Positions 1-7,948 of a stretch of DNA of 37,277 nt are shown here, piece after piece. Below the pieces are notes generated by a model that saw only the letters and a program-made list of their open reading frames with translations, searched no databases and was not told where the DNA came from. Both the position numbers and the translations under genes were made by a program. The stretch's first letter is position 1. The number at the start of each line of letters is the position of its first letter. The DNA comes from a virus (taxonomy: Duplodnaviria; Heunggongvirae; Uroviricota; Caudoviricetes), in the IMG/VR virus record IMGVR_UViG_2711768166_000003; one strand, given 5' to 3'.

Positions 1-341
1 GGCGTCACACCCGAAGAGACAATTACTTCTGGAACCCCATTGAGATGCTGGTAAAAGCGTTGGAACCACAATTCCAGATTCATACCATTGGCGAGAATCA
101 GTTGTGCCCCCTGCGCACGTTTAATATCGCCAGGGGTAGGCTGATACTCATGAATTTCTGCACCAGGCTTGGTTATGGATGAGACTTCTGCAGCATCTCC
201 CGCCACGTTTTTGGCCATATCCGCGATGATGGTAAATGTTGTAATGACCTTAAATTTTTCAGTTGCACTTGCCTGAAATGCGATCGAGCAGGTGAGTGCG
301 AGGCCCCCCAAGAGCATGGTTACTTTTTTTATTGAGCGCAT
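1..341 (-). CDS. sitA: Mn/Fe ABC transporter periplasmic substrate-binding protein SitA, N-terminal part (gene continues beyond window start)
   Basis: Reverse-strand translation from ATG at 339-341 reads MRSIKKVTMLLGGLALTCSIAFQASATEKFKVITTFTIIADMAKNVAGDAAEVSSITKPGAEIHEYQPTPGDIKRAQGAQLILANGMNLELWFQRFYQHLNGVPEVIVSSGVTP; signal peptide then conserved SitA/MntC-type N-terminus. Not in the ORF track because it runs off the window edge. Confidence 0.8.
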   Translation of the reverse strand, partial: MRSIKKVTMLLGGLALTCSIAFQASATEKFKVITTFTIIADMAKNVAGDAAEVSSITKPGAEIHEYQPTPGDIKRAQGAQLILANGMNLELWFQRFYQHLNGVPEVIVSSGVT

Positions 342-373
342 AATTTAGTACCTATAGTGAGCAAAATTAGAAC

Positions 374-395
374 AAACATAGCAACGGCTATGTTT
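374..395. promoter_or_regulatory. MntR-box-like perfect inverted repeat in the sitA upstream region
   Basis: AAACATAGC-aacg-GCTATGTTT, a 9-bp perfect inverted repeat with 4-bp spacer; matches the recalled MntR operator consensus found upstream of mntH/sitA. Confidence 0.6.
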
Positions 396-417
396 TATAG
401 CATAACCTATACAGAAT

Positions 418-436
418 GAAAATGATTATCATTAAC
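418..436. promoter_or_regulatory. Fur-box-like site in the sitA upstream region
   Basis: GAAAATGATTATCATTAAC matches the 19-bp Fur consensus GATAATGATAATCATTATC at 16 of 19 positions; palindromic core AATGAT-T-ATCATT. Confidence 0.5.
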
Positions 437-534
437 ATCTTTGAGGCCCAAAACAGGGATTAGTTTGTTTCCTGCTGGATGAAAGGACTCTTGGGATAGC
501 ACATGCCGCACGAAGAGCAGCATTACATGATGTT

Positions 535-774
535 TTGTCGAATGAGCTACGAATCCTGATAGAAATACGAAACAAGCTAGCACATGGACAATGGATCTAT
601 CCCTTCAATAATGAAGGAAATACTGTTGACCCTGATAAATATAAATTAATCAATAAAGAAAACTTGCAGTCACTCCAATTCAAATATTCATTAGCACAGC
701 ATTTAGTTGACGCTGTACATGATTTGGTTGTAAGTCCTACGACATTCGAACGAGATTTCGAAAGCCATTTTTAA
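535..774 (+). pseudogene. Short ORF with HEPN-like R-x4-H motif, possible remnant of an Abi-type HEPN protein
   Basis: 79-aa ORF in AT-rich DNA; contains EIRNKLAHGQW (R-x4-H plus flanking residues typical of HEPN active sites). Too short for a full HEPN protein; no clear RBS. Confidence 0.3.
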
Positions 775-1256
775 AAATTATATCAAGTACGAACAAACTT
801 AGTGACAAAAGACTACGAAAAATATAAAACAATTTTAGTATTAAGTAGAGAGAAATTTCGTTCTGCTAGGACGCAGCAATAGGTTCATGAGATTCTCTGA
901 TACTTGTTACCTTAGTAAGCCTTAAATTTTTAAAAATTCTTTTACGTCCACTCCTCGCTCATAACAGGCATTAACTACATTTATCTTCATTGGCTATGCA
1001 AGTCGTAATAAAAGGTGGGACAAAACTGAGACACATAAGCTCTCACAAAGGTCTGCAAGGCCTCACATGTATTGAGATGTTAATAAAATGTAGACTTGTA
1101 ATTTTGATATAAATGGTAGATAAAACCTTTCCCCAAAATAAAAACGAACGTCAATGAAATCAAATGGTTGAATAAAGTTGATTTTGGCTAATAAAAAAAC
1201 AATAAAATAATTTTTATTATTAAATATCAATGACTTAAACTTAATGTTTTTATATA

Positions 1257-1421
1257 CTGCTGCGCCATATGGGCTGGACTGAAGCTGCAGACCTGATTGT
1301 TAAAGGTATGGAAGGCGCAATCAATGCCAAGACCGTAACCTATGACTTCGAACGTCTGATGGAAGGCGCTAAACTGCTGAAATGTTCAGAGTTTGGTGAT
1401 GCGATCATCAAGAACATGTAA
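1257..1421 (+). pseudogene. icd: Isocitrate dehydrogenase 3'-terminal fragment (icdC-like), prophage attachment junction
   Basis: In-frame translation [54 protein letters not shown] matches the Icd C-terminus with a few substitutions; similarity starts abruptly at about 1257 with unrelated AT-rich DNA upstream, so no intact icd precedes it. Confidence 0.85.
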
Positions 1422-1444
1422 TTACTACATATGTTAAATATTGT

Positions 1445-1476
1445 AACGGGCGTATAACACGTCCGTTATTTTTTGT
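1445..1476 (+). terminator. Rho-independent terminator following the icd 3' fragment
   Basis: Stem AACGGGCGT / ACGTCCGTT (one mismatch) followed by ATTTTTTGTT. Confidence 0.55.
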
Positions 1477-1490
1477 TAGCCTGCTAACGG

Positions 1491-1523
1491 TTATCAAAAT
1501 TTTATCAAAACAAGTTATCAAAA
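1491..1523. repeat. Three direct copies of TTATCAAAA next to the att junction (candidate integrase arm-type or accessory-protein sites)
   Basis: TTATCAAAA at 1491-1499, 1502-1510 and 1515-1523. Confidence 0.5.
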
Positions 1524-1763
1524 CCCTTGGTAGTTGGCGGTGAGAGGGGGGGGGTTAAGCGCGTTAGTTTTTCATTACGAATTTCTCTGCTTTTCATGAT
1601 TAATGTTGGTGGATGCTTGCTAATATTTAGGCCTGTGTTGTGCCAGAAGCAGAAGTTGCCAGCATTAAATTGATGGGGTAATAAAATATGGTTTGTTGTT
1701 TGAAATTCTAATGGATTCAATTAATTAGGTTTTAATGTTTGACTAGCTCACAAGTATAATTAT

Positions 1764-3347
1764 TTGTTATTCAAAGGAACAAGACAATTGAACACTTTCA
1801 TATTCAGAAATAATGATGAAATCGGGAAGTTAGAGGCAGAATCAGACAATTACTTAGACTCATGTTTTTTAGAGACAAACATATTCAAAGGTATTATGAA
1901 CTTTGATCCATCTGAGAAAAATCCAGATTTTACGAAAAGAATCATCGTTGGAAGAACTGGTAGCGGAAAGTCAGCGATTTTAAGGAAGATTATCGACGAA
2001 GAAAGCATAAAGTTTTCTGATAAGATTGAAGCAGAAAACACTATTTTTGAACATGTTAAAAACAATGTCTTTATTTCATCCCTAAATGATAGTGGAATTG
2101 ACTTGAGAGTTTTTTATAAGTCTTTATGGTTACATGCGCTACTAATAAAAGTCATTCCAGCCTTACATCGGTCAACTTATCAAAGCTTTTTTAATAAAAT
2201 TCAAGACTTAATTGGTGGGAAAAAGAAGTCATATAATCCAGAGTTGGCAAATGAATATATCGAACAATTTAAGGACGTATTTTTTAATGACAAGGCTTTA
2301 GTGGAAATAAGCAACAAAATGCAGAGTGAATTATCTTCTAAGATAGGTATAAAAGGTATAGATCTTGGAGGTAAACTTGGTCGCGAAGACACTCAGAAAG
2401 TGCAGTCTGAAACATCCAGTTATGTAAGCAGAGAGTTAATCAGAAAACAAAAGGAATTAATAAAAATATTAAATGAAGAGTTTTCTGAAGTTGGACAGTT
2501 TAGGATAGTTATAAGCATTGATGATCTTGATCGTTCTTGGCTGAGCTCTAGCGATATAAGATATGATTTTATAAATGCACTATTAGAAGCATTTAGGGAG
2601 TTACTTGACGTCAAGTCAGTTAAAATATTAATTTCGATTAGAACTGATATACTAATGGGTATTTACAATAAAACATTAAGGCAAGATGAGAAGGACCAGT
2701 CTCTTATTTATCCTGTATCTTGGAATAAATCAGAGATCCGAGAAATAATTGACATGCGTATTAATCACTTAATTAAAAATAAATATCAAAGCTCTCGCAC
2801 TATTACAATGAAAGATATTTTCAATTTTGAAATTGATAACGTATATGCAGATGATTATATTTTAGACAGAACAATGTTAAGACCTAGAGATGCAATAAGT
2901 TTTGTAAATTATTGCTTAAAGGAGTGTGATGGGCACGTAAGTATTAATCAAGATATAGTTTTAATGGCAGAAGAGAAGTTTTTTTCTTCTAGGAAAAGAG
3001 CATTGGTGTCGGAATGGGGAACTATTTACAAAAATATTTCAGGTTACATAGACGCCTTATCTTTGTTGGAAAAACATGAATTTTCATTAGAATCAATTGG
3101 AGACGATAATAAAAATGACATTCTAACTTATATTCTTGATAGAGTTCCATCAGATATCGAAGATGATTTACACTCCAAAATAGTAATGAACTTTGATGAA
3201 TTAATAAAAGTATGGTTTATTGTTGGAATTATAGGGATAAAGAGGACTGAAACCTTAATAATATACTCTTCATATGATAAACCCGATCTTGATATCACTG
3301 ATATCAAACGCAACTTCGTCATTCATCCTTTGTTTAATAGAAGATGA
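1764..3347 (+). CDS. AT-rich cargo P-loop NTPase, KAP-like (Walker A GRTGSGKS, Walker B VISIDDLDR); candidate defence ATPase
   Basis: 527-aa ORF; Walker A near residue 63 and hhhhDDLDR Walker B near residue 250 (long A-to-B spacing as in KAP NTPases), further ISIRTD and LRPRDA motifs. Sits between att and int. Start uncertain: track start is TTG at 1764; first in-frame ATG is at 1896; a TATAAT hexamer lies at 1755-1760. Confidence 0.7.
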   Translation: MLFKGTRQLNTFIFRNNDEIGKLEAESDNYLDSCFLETNIFKGIMNFDPSEKNPDFTKRIIVGRTGSGKSAILRKIIDEESIKFSDKIEAENTIFEHVKNNVFISSLNDSGIDLRVFYKSLWLHALLIKVIPALHRSTYQSFFNKIQDLIGGKKKSYNPELANEYIEQFKDVFFNDKALVEISNKMQSELSSKIGIKGIDLGGKLGREDTQKVQSETSSYVSRELIRKQKELIKILNEEFSEVGQFRIVISIDDLDRSWLSSSDIRYDFINALLEAFRELLDVKSVKILISIRTDILMGIYNKTLRQDEKDQSLIYPVSWNKSEIREIIDMRINHLIKNKYQSSRTITMKDIFNFEIDNVYADDYILDRTMLRPRDAISFVNYCLKECDGHVSINQDIVLMAEEKFFSSRKRALVSEWGTIYKNISGYIDALSLLEKHEFSLESIGDDNKNDILTYILDRVPSDIEDDLHSKIVMNFDELIKVWFIVGIIGIKRTETLIIYSSYDKPDLDITDIKRNFVIHPLFNRR

Positions 3348-3477
3348 TATCTAAGGTATGATCTTAGTATAAACCTAGTTAAAATTATTAAGGCACATCC
3401 CTCGCTTAAACCAAATTGTTTGACTCTTTTTCATGAGTGGTGAGAAATTCAAGGTAGCGTTGAAAATATTAGATTTT

Positions 3478-4605
3478 TTACCACGCTACCTTGCTCCATC
3501 CTTTGCCTCGATCGTCATGATAACGATCGGTTTGTTGTTGCGTTTTATGGCCAAGTAGTTTTTGTGTGTCTACCCCCTGTTCTTTGTACAGACGTTCAGA
3601 TAAAGACCTTTGTTCATGGAATGTTGCTGGTGAGCCATTACCCCAGTCAATTTCTGCCAAATCTCTCGCTCTACTAAAATTCGTCGTCAATGTATTGGAT
3701 TTAACCTGCGCGCCACGTTCAGCCTGTGAAGTGGTACGAAAAAAATGCACAAGGTATGGGCTGACTGCATAGTCACGGCAGCGGGCGACTACATCGCGTA
3801 AACTCCAGTTAATTGCATTGAGGCGAAGGGAAAGCGGGATGGCGATTTTGCTCCCGGTTTTTTCTTGGATGACGTGAAGATGATCATCCCAAATATCGCT
3901 AAATTTCATTTTGGATATATCTCCCAAACGCTGCCCAGTGACCAAAGCTAGGAGCATGGCATTTCCCATGTAACGATGACTGGCGTCTGCTATATCGAAT
4001 ATTTTTTGCCATTCTTCCAGGCTGAGGCGTTGACGGGTAATTTTTCTTTTGGGTTGCTTCGTCGCAAGAGCAGGGTTATACCCTGGCGGAACTTCGCCAT
4101 AATGCTGTGCTTCCTTAAACACATCGATCAATACAGACCTAACGACTTGGGCCATTCTAGGCTGTCCAGCTGCAATATACTCATCAAGCAATTGTGCTAT
4201 ATCTCTAACATCAACGGATGAGATCAACTTCATTCCTGCTCGTTCTCTGAGCAAGGATACTGGTTTAGCTTTTTGCTTATAGGTGTTGAGTCTTATATCA
4301 CCACTTTTGAGCCTGTCATCCTGGATCGCTTGATAGCGATCTAACCAGGTTGACGTTGTGATCGCTTTTCCTTTGCTGGTTGCGATCCTATCACTGATAG
4401 CTAGAATCTGCCGGGTTCTTTGCTCAGCCAGACGAGTGTTAGCTTCAGTGGCAATAGCAATAGCTTCAGCTTCATTTGTGCCCAACGAATGAAATTTCCC
4501 GGTCACTGGATGCTTATATCGCCAATAGACTTTATTTACTTTTCTACTATAAAGCGGATACAAGTTAGGTACTGAAACATTATTTTTACGTGGTCTGGCT
4601 GCCAT
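3478..4605 (-). CDS. int: Phage integrase, tyrosine recombinase
   Basis: 375 aa; conserved catalytic elements TGQRLGD (Arg), HEQRSLSERLY (H-x-x-R) and C-terminal TDRYHD (Tyr); adjacent to att and excisionase. Confidence 0.95.
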   Translation of the reverse strand: MAARPRKNNVSVPNLYPLYSRKVNKVYWRYKHPVTGKFHSLGTNEAEAIAIATEANTRLAEQRTRQILAISDRIATSKGKAITTSTWLDRYQAIQDDRLKSGDIRLNTYKQKAKPVSLLRERAGMKLISSVDVRDIAQLLDEYIAAGQPRMAQVVRSVLIDVFKEAQHYGEVPPGYNPALATKQPKRKITRQRLSLEEWQKIFDIADASHRYMGNAMLLALVTGQRLGDISKMKFSDIWDDHLHVIQEKTGSKIAIPLSLRLNAINWSLRDVVARCRDYAVSPYLVHFFRTTSQAERGAQVKSNTLTTNFSRARDLAEIDWGNGSPATFHEQRSLSERLYKEQGVDTQKLLGHKTQQQTDRYHDDRGKGWSKVAW

Positions 4606-4846
4606 TGCTTAAAATCCTTTGCAGAATAATAGAATCACTTTTCTTGATTACTGGAGTAACTAATTCCCCAACTAACTCTGCGTCCTCACGTACTCGCCAG
4701 AGTCGACCTTGTTTCATTGCTGGTGGACAAAATAAATTCTGCTTAGCATAACGACGCAATGTGGACACACTTGGAGGATTACTCCTAAATTTTTCCGCAG
4801 CCCATTCCTCAAGTGTCAGCATTTGAAGCATTTTTGATAACCTCAT
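4586..4846 (-). CDS. xis: Excisionase (Xis)
   Basis: Small protein immediately upstream of and overlapping int; MLTLEEWAAEK...PSVSTLRRYAK...GRLWRVRED is typical of phage excisionase-type DNA-binding proteins. True start may be the internal Met at 4831, which has a GAGG RBS. Confidence 0.8.
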   Translation of the reverse strand: MRLSKMLQMLTLEEWAAEKFRSNPPSVSTLRRYAKQNLFCPPAMKQGRLWRVREDAELVGELVTPVIKKSDSIILQRILSNGSQTT

Positions 4847-4886
4847 TTCTTTTGCTACAAAACTATTTCACTAGTTAATTTCGCTG

Positions 4887-5423
4887 TCAGGATTGCTTAT
4901 GTATCTTATGCAGCTCTTTAAAACGTTCCATAAATATCTCGTAGGCATGGCCAGGAGCCAGAGGAACAACTTCGAACATCTCTGTTGCCGGGATACCTTC
5001 CAATACTGGCCAGAAAGAGCCATCATCAAGCCCGAGATCGCGGCGTTCGGTTGCCAGCATGATGAGATCGGCATATTTCACGGGCGTGCTCATAGCCTGA
5101 GGTAACCCGTATTTCTCACGGATTACGGCGTCTATTTTTTCTTCCATCCGTTTATAGTCAGGAAGAAGGCGTTTCAGTGCTGCGGGGATGTCCTGGCAAT
5201 ACGCTTCTGTTGCATCATGCATTAATGCTTCAAAAGCAAATTCCTGCGGTACCAGCATGCTGCAAAGCACCGCATGTTGGGCGACGCTATAGAAGTGTGA
5301 AAGGTGTCCTGCAAAGCGGCAGATATTTGAAAGGGAAACCGCGATATCGTTAATAACGATGTCGTCTTTATTTATCTTGTCATAATAAAAATGCTTCCCA
5401 GAAAAAGTTTTAATAAATGACAT
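4887..5423 (-). CDS. HD-domain phosphohydrolase (YfdR-like 5'-deoxynucleotidase)
   Basis: H...HD metal-binding signature (SVAQHAVL ... LMHDATEAY); start set at the Met preceded by GGAGAA RBS (MSFIKTFSGKH...), 178 aa. Confidence 0.8.
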   Translation of the reverse strand: MSFIKTFSGKHFYYDKINKDDIVINDIAVSLSNICRFAGHLSHFYSVAQHAVLCSMLVPQEFAFEALMHDATEAYCQDIPAALKRLLPDYKRMEEKIDAVIREKYGLPQAMSTPVKYADLIMLATERRDLGLDDGSFWPVLEGIPATEMFEVVPLAPGHAYEIFMERFKELHKIHKQS

Positions 5424-5551
5424 TTTGTTCTCCACGTTATATGCGCTGCACCGCGCTGAATTTTGGTTAAAGAAAACCCTCGCCATCAGGCGATTATTGA
5501 GTCAATTACGTTTCCATAAATGCCCCCGCAGGGGCATTTGCAGTAATGAAA

Positions 5552-6376
5552 TCAGGCGGTGAAAGTACCAATAAAGGTTTCTACTTTGCTGTCTTTGAAT
5601 TTATCAACAAGCAGATCACGAAATTCGTTAGCCATTTCCTCCTGCACTGCTTCCAGCTGAATAATGCGTAGTACCAGTACAGGACGATCGCCAGTGATAA
5701 TGCTGAGGCGTAATTTAAACGGACGTTCTTTCAGGCCTTCAAACGGAACGCATTTAAATTCAAATGCCACTGGCATAATGTCTTTGGTCTTCGCTTCGAC
5801 AGACTCCATCAGGGAGCGTTTGCCGCTGAAGTCATTGTCTTCAAAATCAGCAGTCTGGTTCGCTTCAATTGTGATTTTACGGATCGCCGCAGCCGCTTTG
5901 GTTGCCTGAATGGCGTCACCATTAGCATCAAAGCCCACAAGGTAGTCGGCCCAGTCTTCAATCCATTCTGCCAGTGACTTCTGGGAGTTACGCTCGCCGT
6001 TAACAGACAACAGTGCAGAGAACGGTGCTGTCTTTTTCAGTTTGAGAGTGGCGGTATTATCTGCGTGACCTGGTTCATCAATAGTACCCAGGTTAAGAAC
6101 ACTGACGGCACGCATATTATCGGCATCGATAAAGCAGCGGGTGCCTTCATCTGCAAGATCTTTAGAATAACGGGTAAAGTCATCGATGCAGGCAGTGGAA
6201 AGCGCGCCACGGAAACGGAAGCGATTTAAATTAAATTTTTCCAGATCATGAATGCGGAAATTTTCAGGTAATGCCACTGCGTCGGCACCAATCTTACTGA
6301 TAATTTCATTAACACCCTGAGCAGAAATAAGGGCATGGATTTGATTAATTGCGGTTGCGTCTAAGTTCTGAGACAT
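5552..6376 (-). CDS. Conserved prophage protein (YfdQ-like, DUF2303-type)
   Basis: 274-aa ORF co-oriented with the flanking early genes; size and order (120 aa, 274 aa, 178 aa) match the yfdP-yfdQ-yfdR prophage gene trio as I recall it. Confidence 0.7.
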   Translation of the reverse strand: MSQNLDATAINQIHALISAQGVNEIISKIGADAVALPENFRIHDLEKFNLNRFRFRGALSTACIDDFTRYSKDLADEGTRCFIDADNMRAVSVLNLGTIDEPGHADNTATLKLKKTAPFSALLSVNGERNSQKSLAEWIEDWADYLVGFDANGDAIQATKAAAAIRKITIEANQTADFEDNDFSGKRSLMESVEAKTKDIMPVAFEFKCVPFEGLKERPFKLRLSIITGDRPVLVLRIIQLEAVQEEMANEFRDLLVDKFKDSKVETFIGTFTA

Positions 6377-6441
6377 AATAAGTCCTCACTATATAAAGAT
6401 ATTCAGTGATGAGGTAAATAATCAGTTAATTAAGAACGATA

Positions 6442-6804
6442 TTAATGACCTGCTGCGCGGAGTTTTCCGTCAGGCTCACCGGCAAGAGTCAGTAATTGTC
6501 CCTGGTCTTCCTGCAGAATAGTCAGGCGCCCACCGCGATTGACATACATCGGCGTTTCGGTGGTGTCTTCTTCGGAAATTTTCCCGCGGTTAGTCGGGCG
6601 AACATATGAGAGTTTGTGTTTGATTTTCACACGGTTCTCATCAAATGGTTCGATTTCCAGGTTGAGTGAGACCTTACCTTTGGTTTTCGTGTTCATCACA
6701 CCGGAAGCGACTTCACTGAGAACTGCGCCGATTTTGGTTTCAAATACGCCGCCGTCCAGCTCCCCGATAAATGCCTGCACATCAGTACCGCGTTCGCTAG
6801 CCAT
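6442..6804 (-). CDS. Conserved prophage protein (YfdP-like)
   Basis: Start chosen at the internal Met preceded by GAGGAG RBS (MASERGTDVQAF...), 120 aa; the longer track ORF to 7032 is rejected. Confidence 0.6.
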   Translation of the reverse strand: MASERGTDVQAFIGELDGGVFETKIGAVLSEVASGVMNTKTKGKVSLNLEIEPFDENRVKIKHKLSYVRPTNRGKISEEDTTETPMYVNRGGRLTILQEDQGQLLTLAGEPDGKLRAAGH

Positions 6805-7083
6805 TTTGCTGCTCCTCATCATATCGACCCTGCAAGGTCGGTTGGTTTCTCCACAAAACAGAGAAGAACACCTGCGGTGGCAGCCGCCCGGATGGATTGG
6901 GTTATGAGCCCGTCGTCCGGTGATGCTCTTCTCTGTTTTGTAAAAAGAGCGGTACCAGCCGGAAGCAAGGGTACAAACTGGTACCGCCAGGACTACACAC
7001 AGCAATGAAACTATTGCCTGTCTTTTCACCACTTCAGGCTCGGTGGTATGCTGGAGTTCTCACACAGCCAGCAAGGAAACCTA

Positions 7084-7425
7084 ATGAACCAGTTTTATGT
7101 TCACGTTCGTCTGTTTGAAGCAACAGCCGAACAGACCAAAAAATTTGAAGAATTAATGCTTAACTTTCTGTACCAGAAAACAATCAAAGAGTCTGACGAT
7201 AGCTGCTGCAGACTGATTCCAGAGGGATATATCCTCAAAAGCACAATGAACTGCCAACAAATCCTTGATCAAACTTTTTCCATTGCTAACAGTGCTGGTG
7301 TTGACGCAAATATATTTGTCTGCAAATTTGAACAAAGCGCATGCTTACTTCCGTCTGCTTCCTTAGTTGGCAACGATTTTGTTCATCACGATCTTACGCC
7401 TAAGCCCATCAAGCTCGATTCTTAA
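7084..7425 (+). CDS. Hypothetical prophage protein (e14 YmfI-like by size and position)
   Basis: Start at the Met preceded by AAGGAA RBS (MNQFYVHVRLFEA...), 113 aa; its 3' end overlaps the convergent ORF 7363..7671. Confidence 0.5.
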   Translation: MNQFYVHVRLFEATAEQTKKFEELMLNFLYQKTIKESDDSCCRLIPEGYILKSTMNCQQILDQTFSIANSAGVDANIFVCKFEQSACLLPSASLVGNDFVHHDLTPKPIKLDS

Positions 7426-7671
7426 TGCCTTAACCATTGTGTCGTGATAAACACGGCTCACCCTCTCTCCATTGCATGGCAGTGGGGTGATCGTGTTAGC
7501 CATGAAATTCATGAACTTGGTTCGATCAGGGTCTTGCGCCTCGCAAGTCTTTAATGCCTGTTTTGCTAACAAAATACGGGCCTCAGTGCCTGCATTTGGC
7601 TCTATCTGCTGCAAACGTTTAGCGTCTTCCAGCAACAATGCGATCACATGCTTCAAATCCTGCTCATTCAT
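7363..7671 (-). CDS. Hypothetical prophage protein, first gene of the leftward early operon (e14 YmfJ-like by size and position)
   Basis: 102 aa; GGAGAG RBS 7 nt upstream of ATG; lies directly downstream of the OL/pL-like operator pair. Confidence 0.55.
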   Translation of the reverse strand: MNEQDLKHVIALLLEDAKRLQQIEPNAGTEARILLAKQALKTCEAQDPDRTKFMNFMANTITPLPCNGERVSRVYHDTMVKALRIELDGLRRKIVMNKIVAN

Positions 7672-7858
7672 CTATTCTCTCCACTGAAATCATCCGCTAA
7701 CGAATCATCCTGGACTTCATATGCCCCAGGCTGTTACTTCGTGGGCGTCCTGCCTGTTCGTTTTTGACATTTACTGACCGCTTACGACACATGCACCGTT
7801 TTGCAACCAGATTTTGTTGTAATCCTGTAGTTGGTCTGGAACAAAAGATAAAATTAAA

Positions 7859-7894
7859 TTGCGAGATATGCAAGTAATATTGCGATATATGCAA
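7859..7894. promoter_or_regulatory. OL-like operator pair (two 15-bp TTGCG-N5-TGCAA sites) with candidate leftward promoter
   Basis: TTGCGAGATATGCAA (7859-7873) and TTGCGATATATGCAA (7880-7894), centres 21 bp apart; on the minus strand TTGCAT and TATCTT hexamers with 17-bp spacing overlap the sites. Confidence 0.5.
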
Positions 7895-7905
7895 AATGAT
7901 GGGTA

Positions 7906-7928
7906 ATAAAAAGCCACCTTTCGGTGGC
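7906..7928 (-). terminator. Rho-independent terminator downstream of the repressor gene
   Basis: Minus strand GCCACC-GAAA-GGTGGC followed by TTTTT, between the CI stop (7949) and the OL sites. Confidence 0.6.
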
Positions 7929-7948
7929 CGATGGATGGGATATTGAGG

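Noticed and set aside
1257-1421. A tRNA gene as the prophage integration target
   Set aside because: No tRNA-like sequence is seen at the junction; the att-associated sequence is the 3' end of icd.
1505-1720. 71-aa minus-strand ORF in the att-proximal intergenic region
   Set aside because: Spans the poly-G tract and direct repeats, has no RBS and a low-complexity translation; more likely non-coding regulatory DNA.
3452-3493. Inverted repeat CAAGGTAGCGT ... ACGCTACCTTG spanning the integrase stop codon as an int terminator
   Set aside because: The loop is ~20 nt, one arm lies in the int coding sequence and there is no T-tract; too weak to call.
6805-7032. N-terminal extension of the YfdP-like ORF to the track start at 7032
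   Set aside because: The extension is Cys/Arg-rich and spans the two inverted repeats; an internal ATG with a GAGGAG RBS at 6804 gives a 120-aa protein, so the extension is treated as non-coding.
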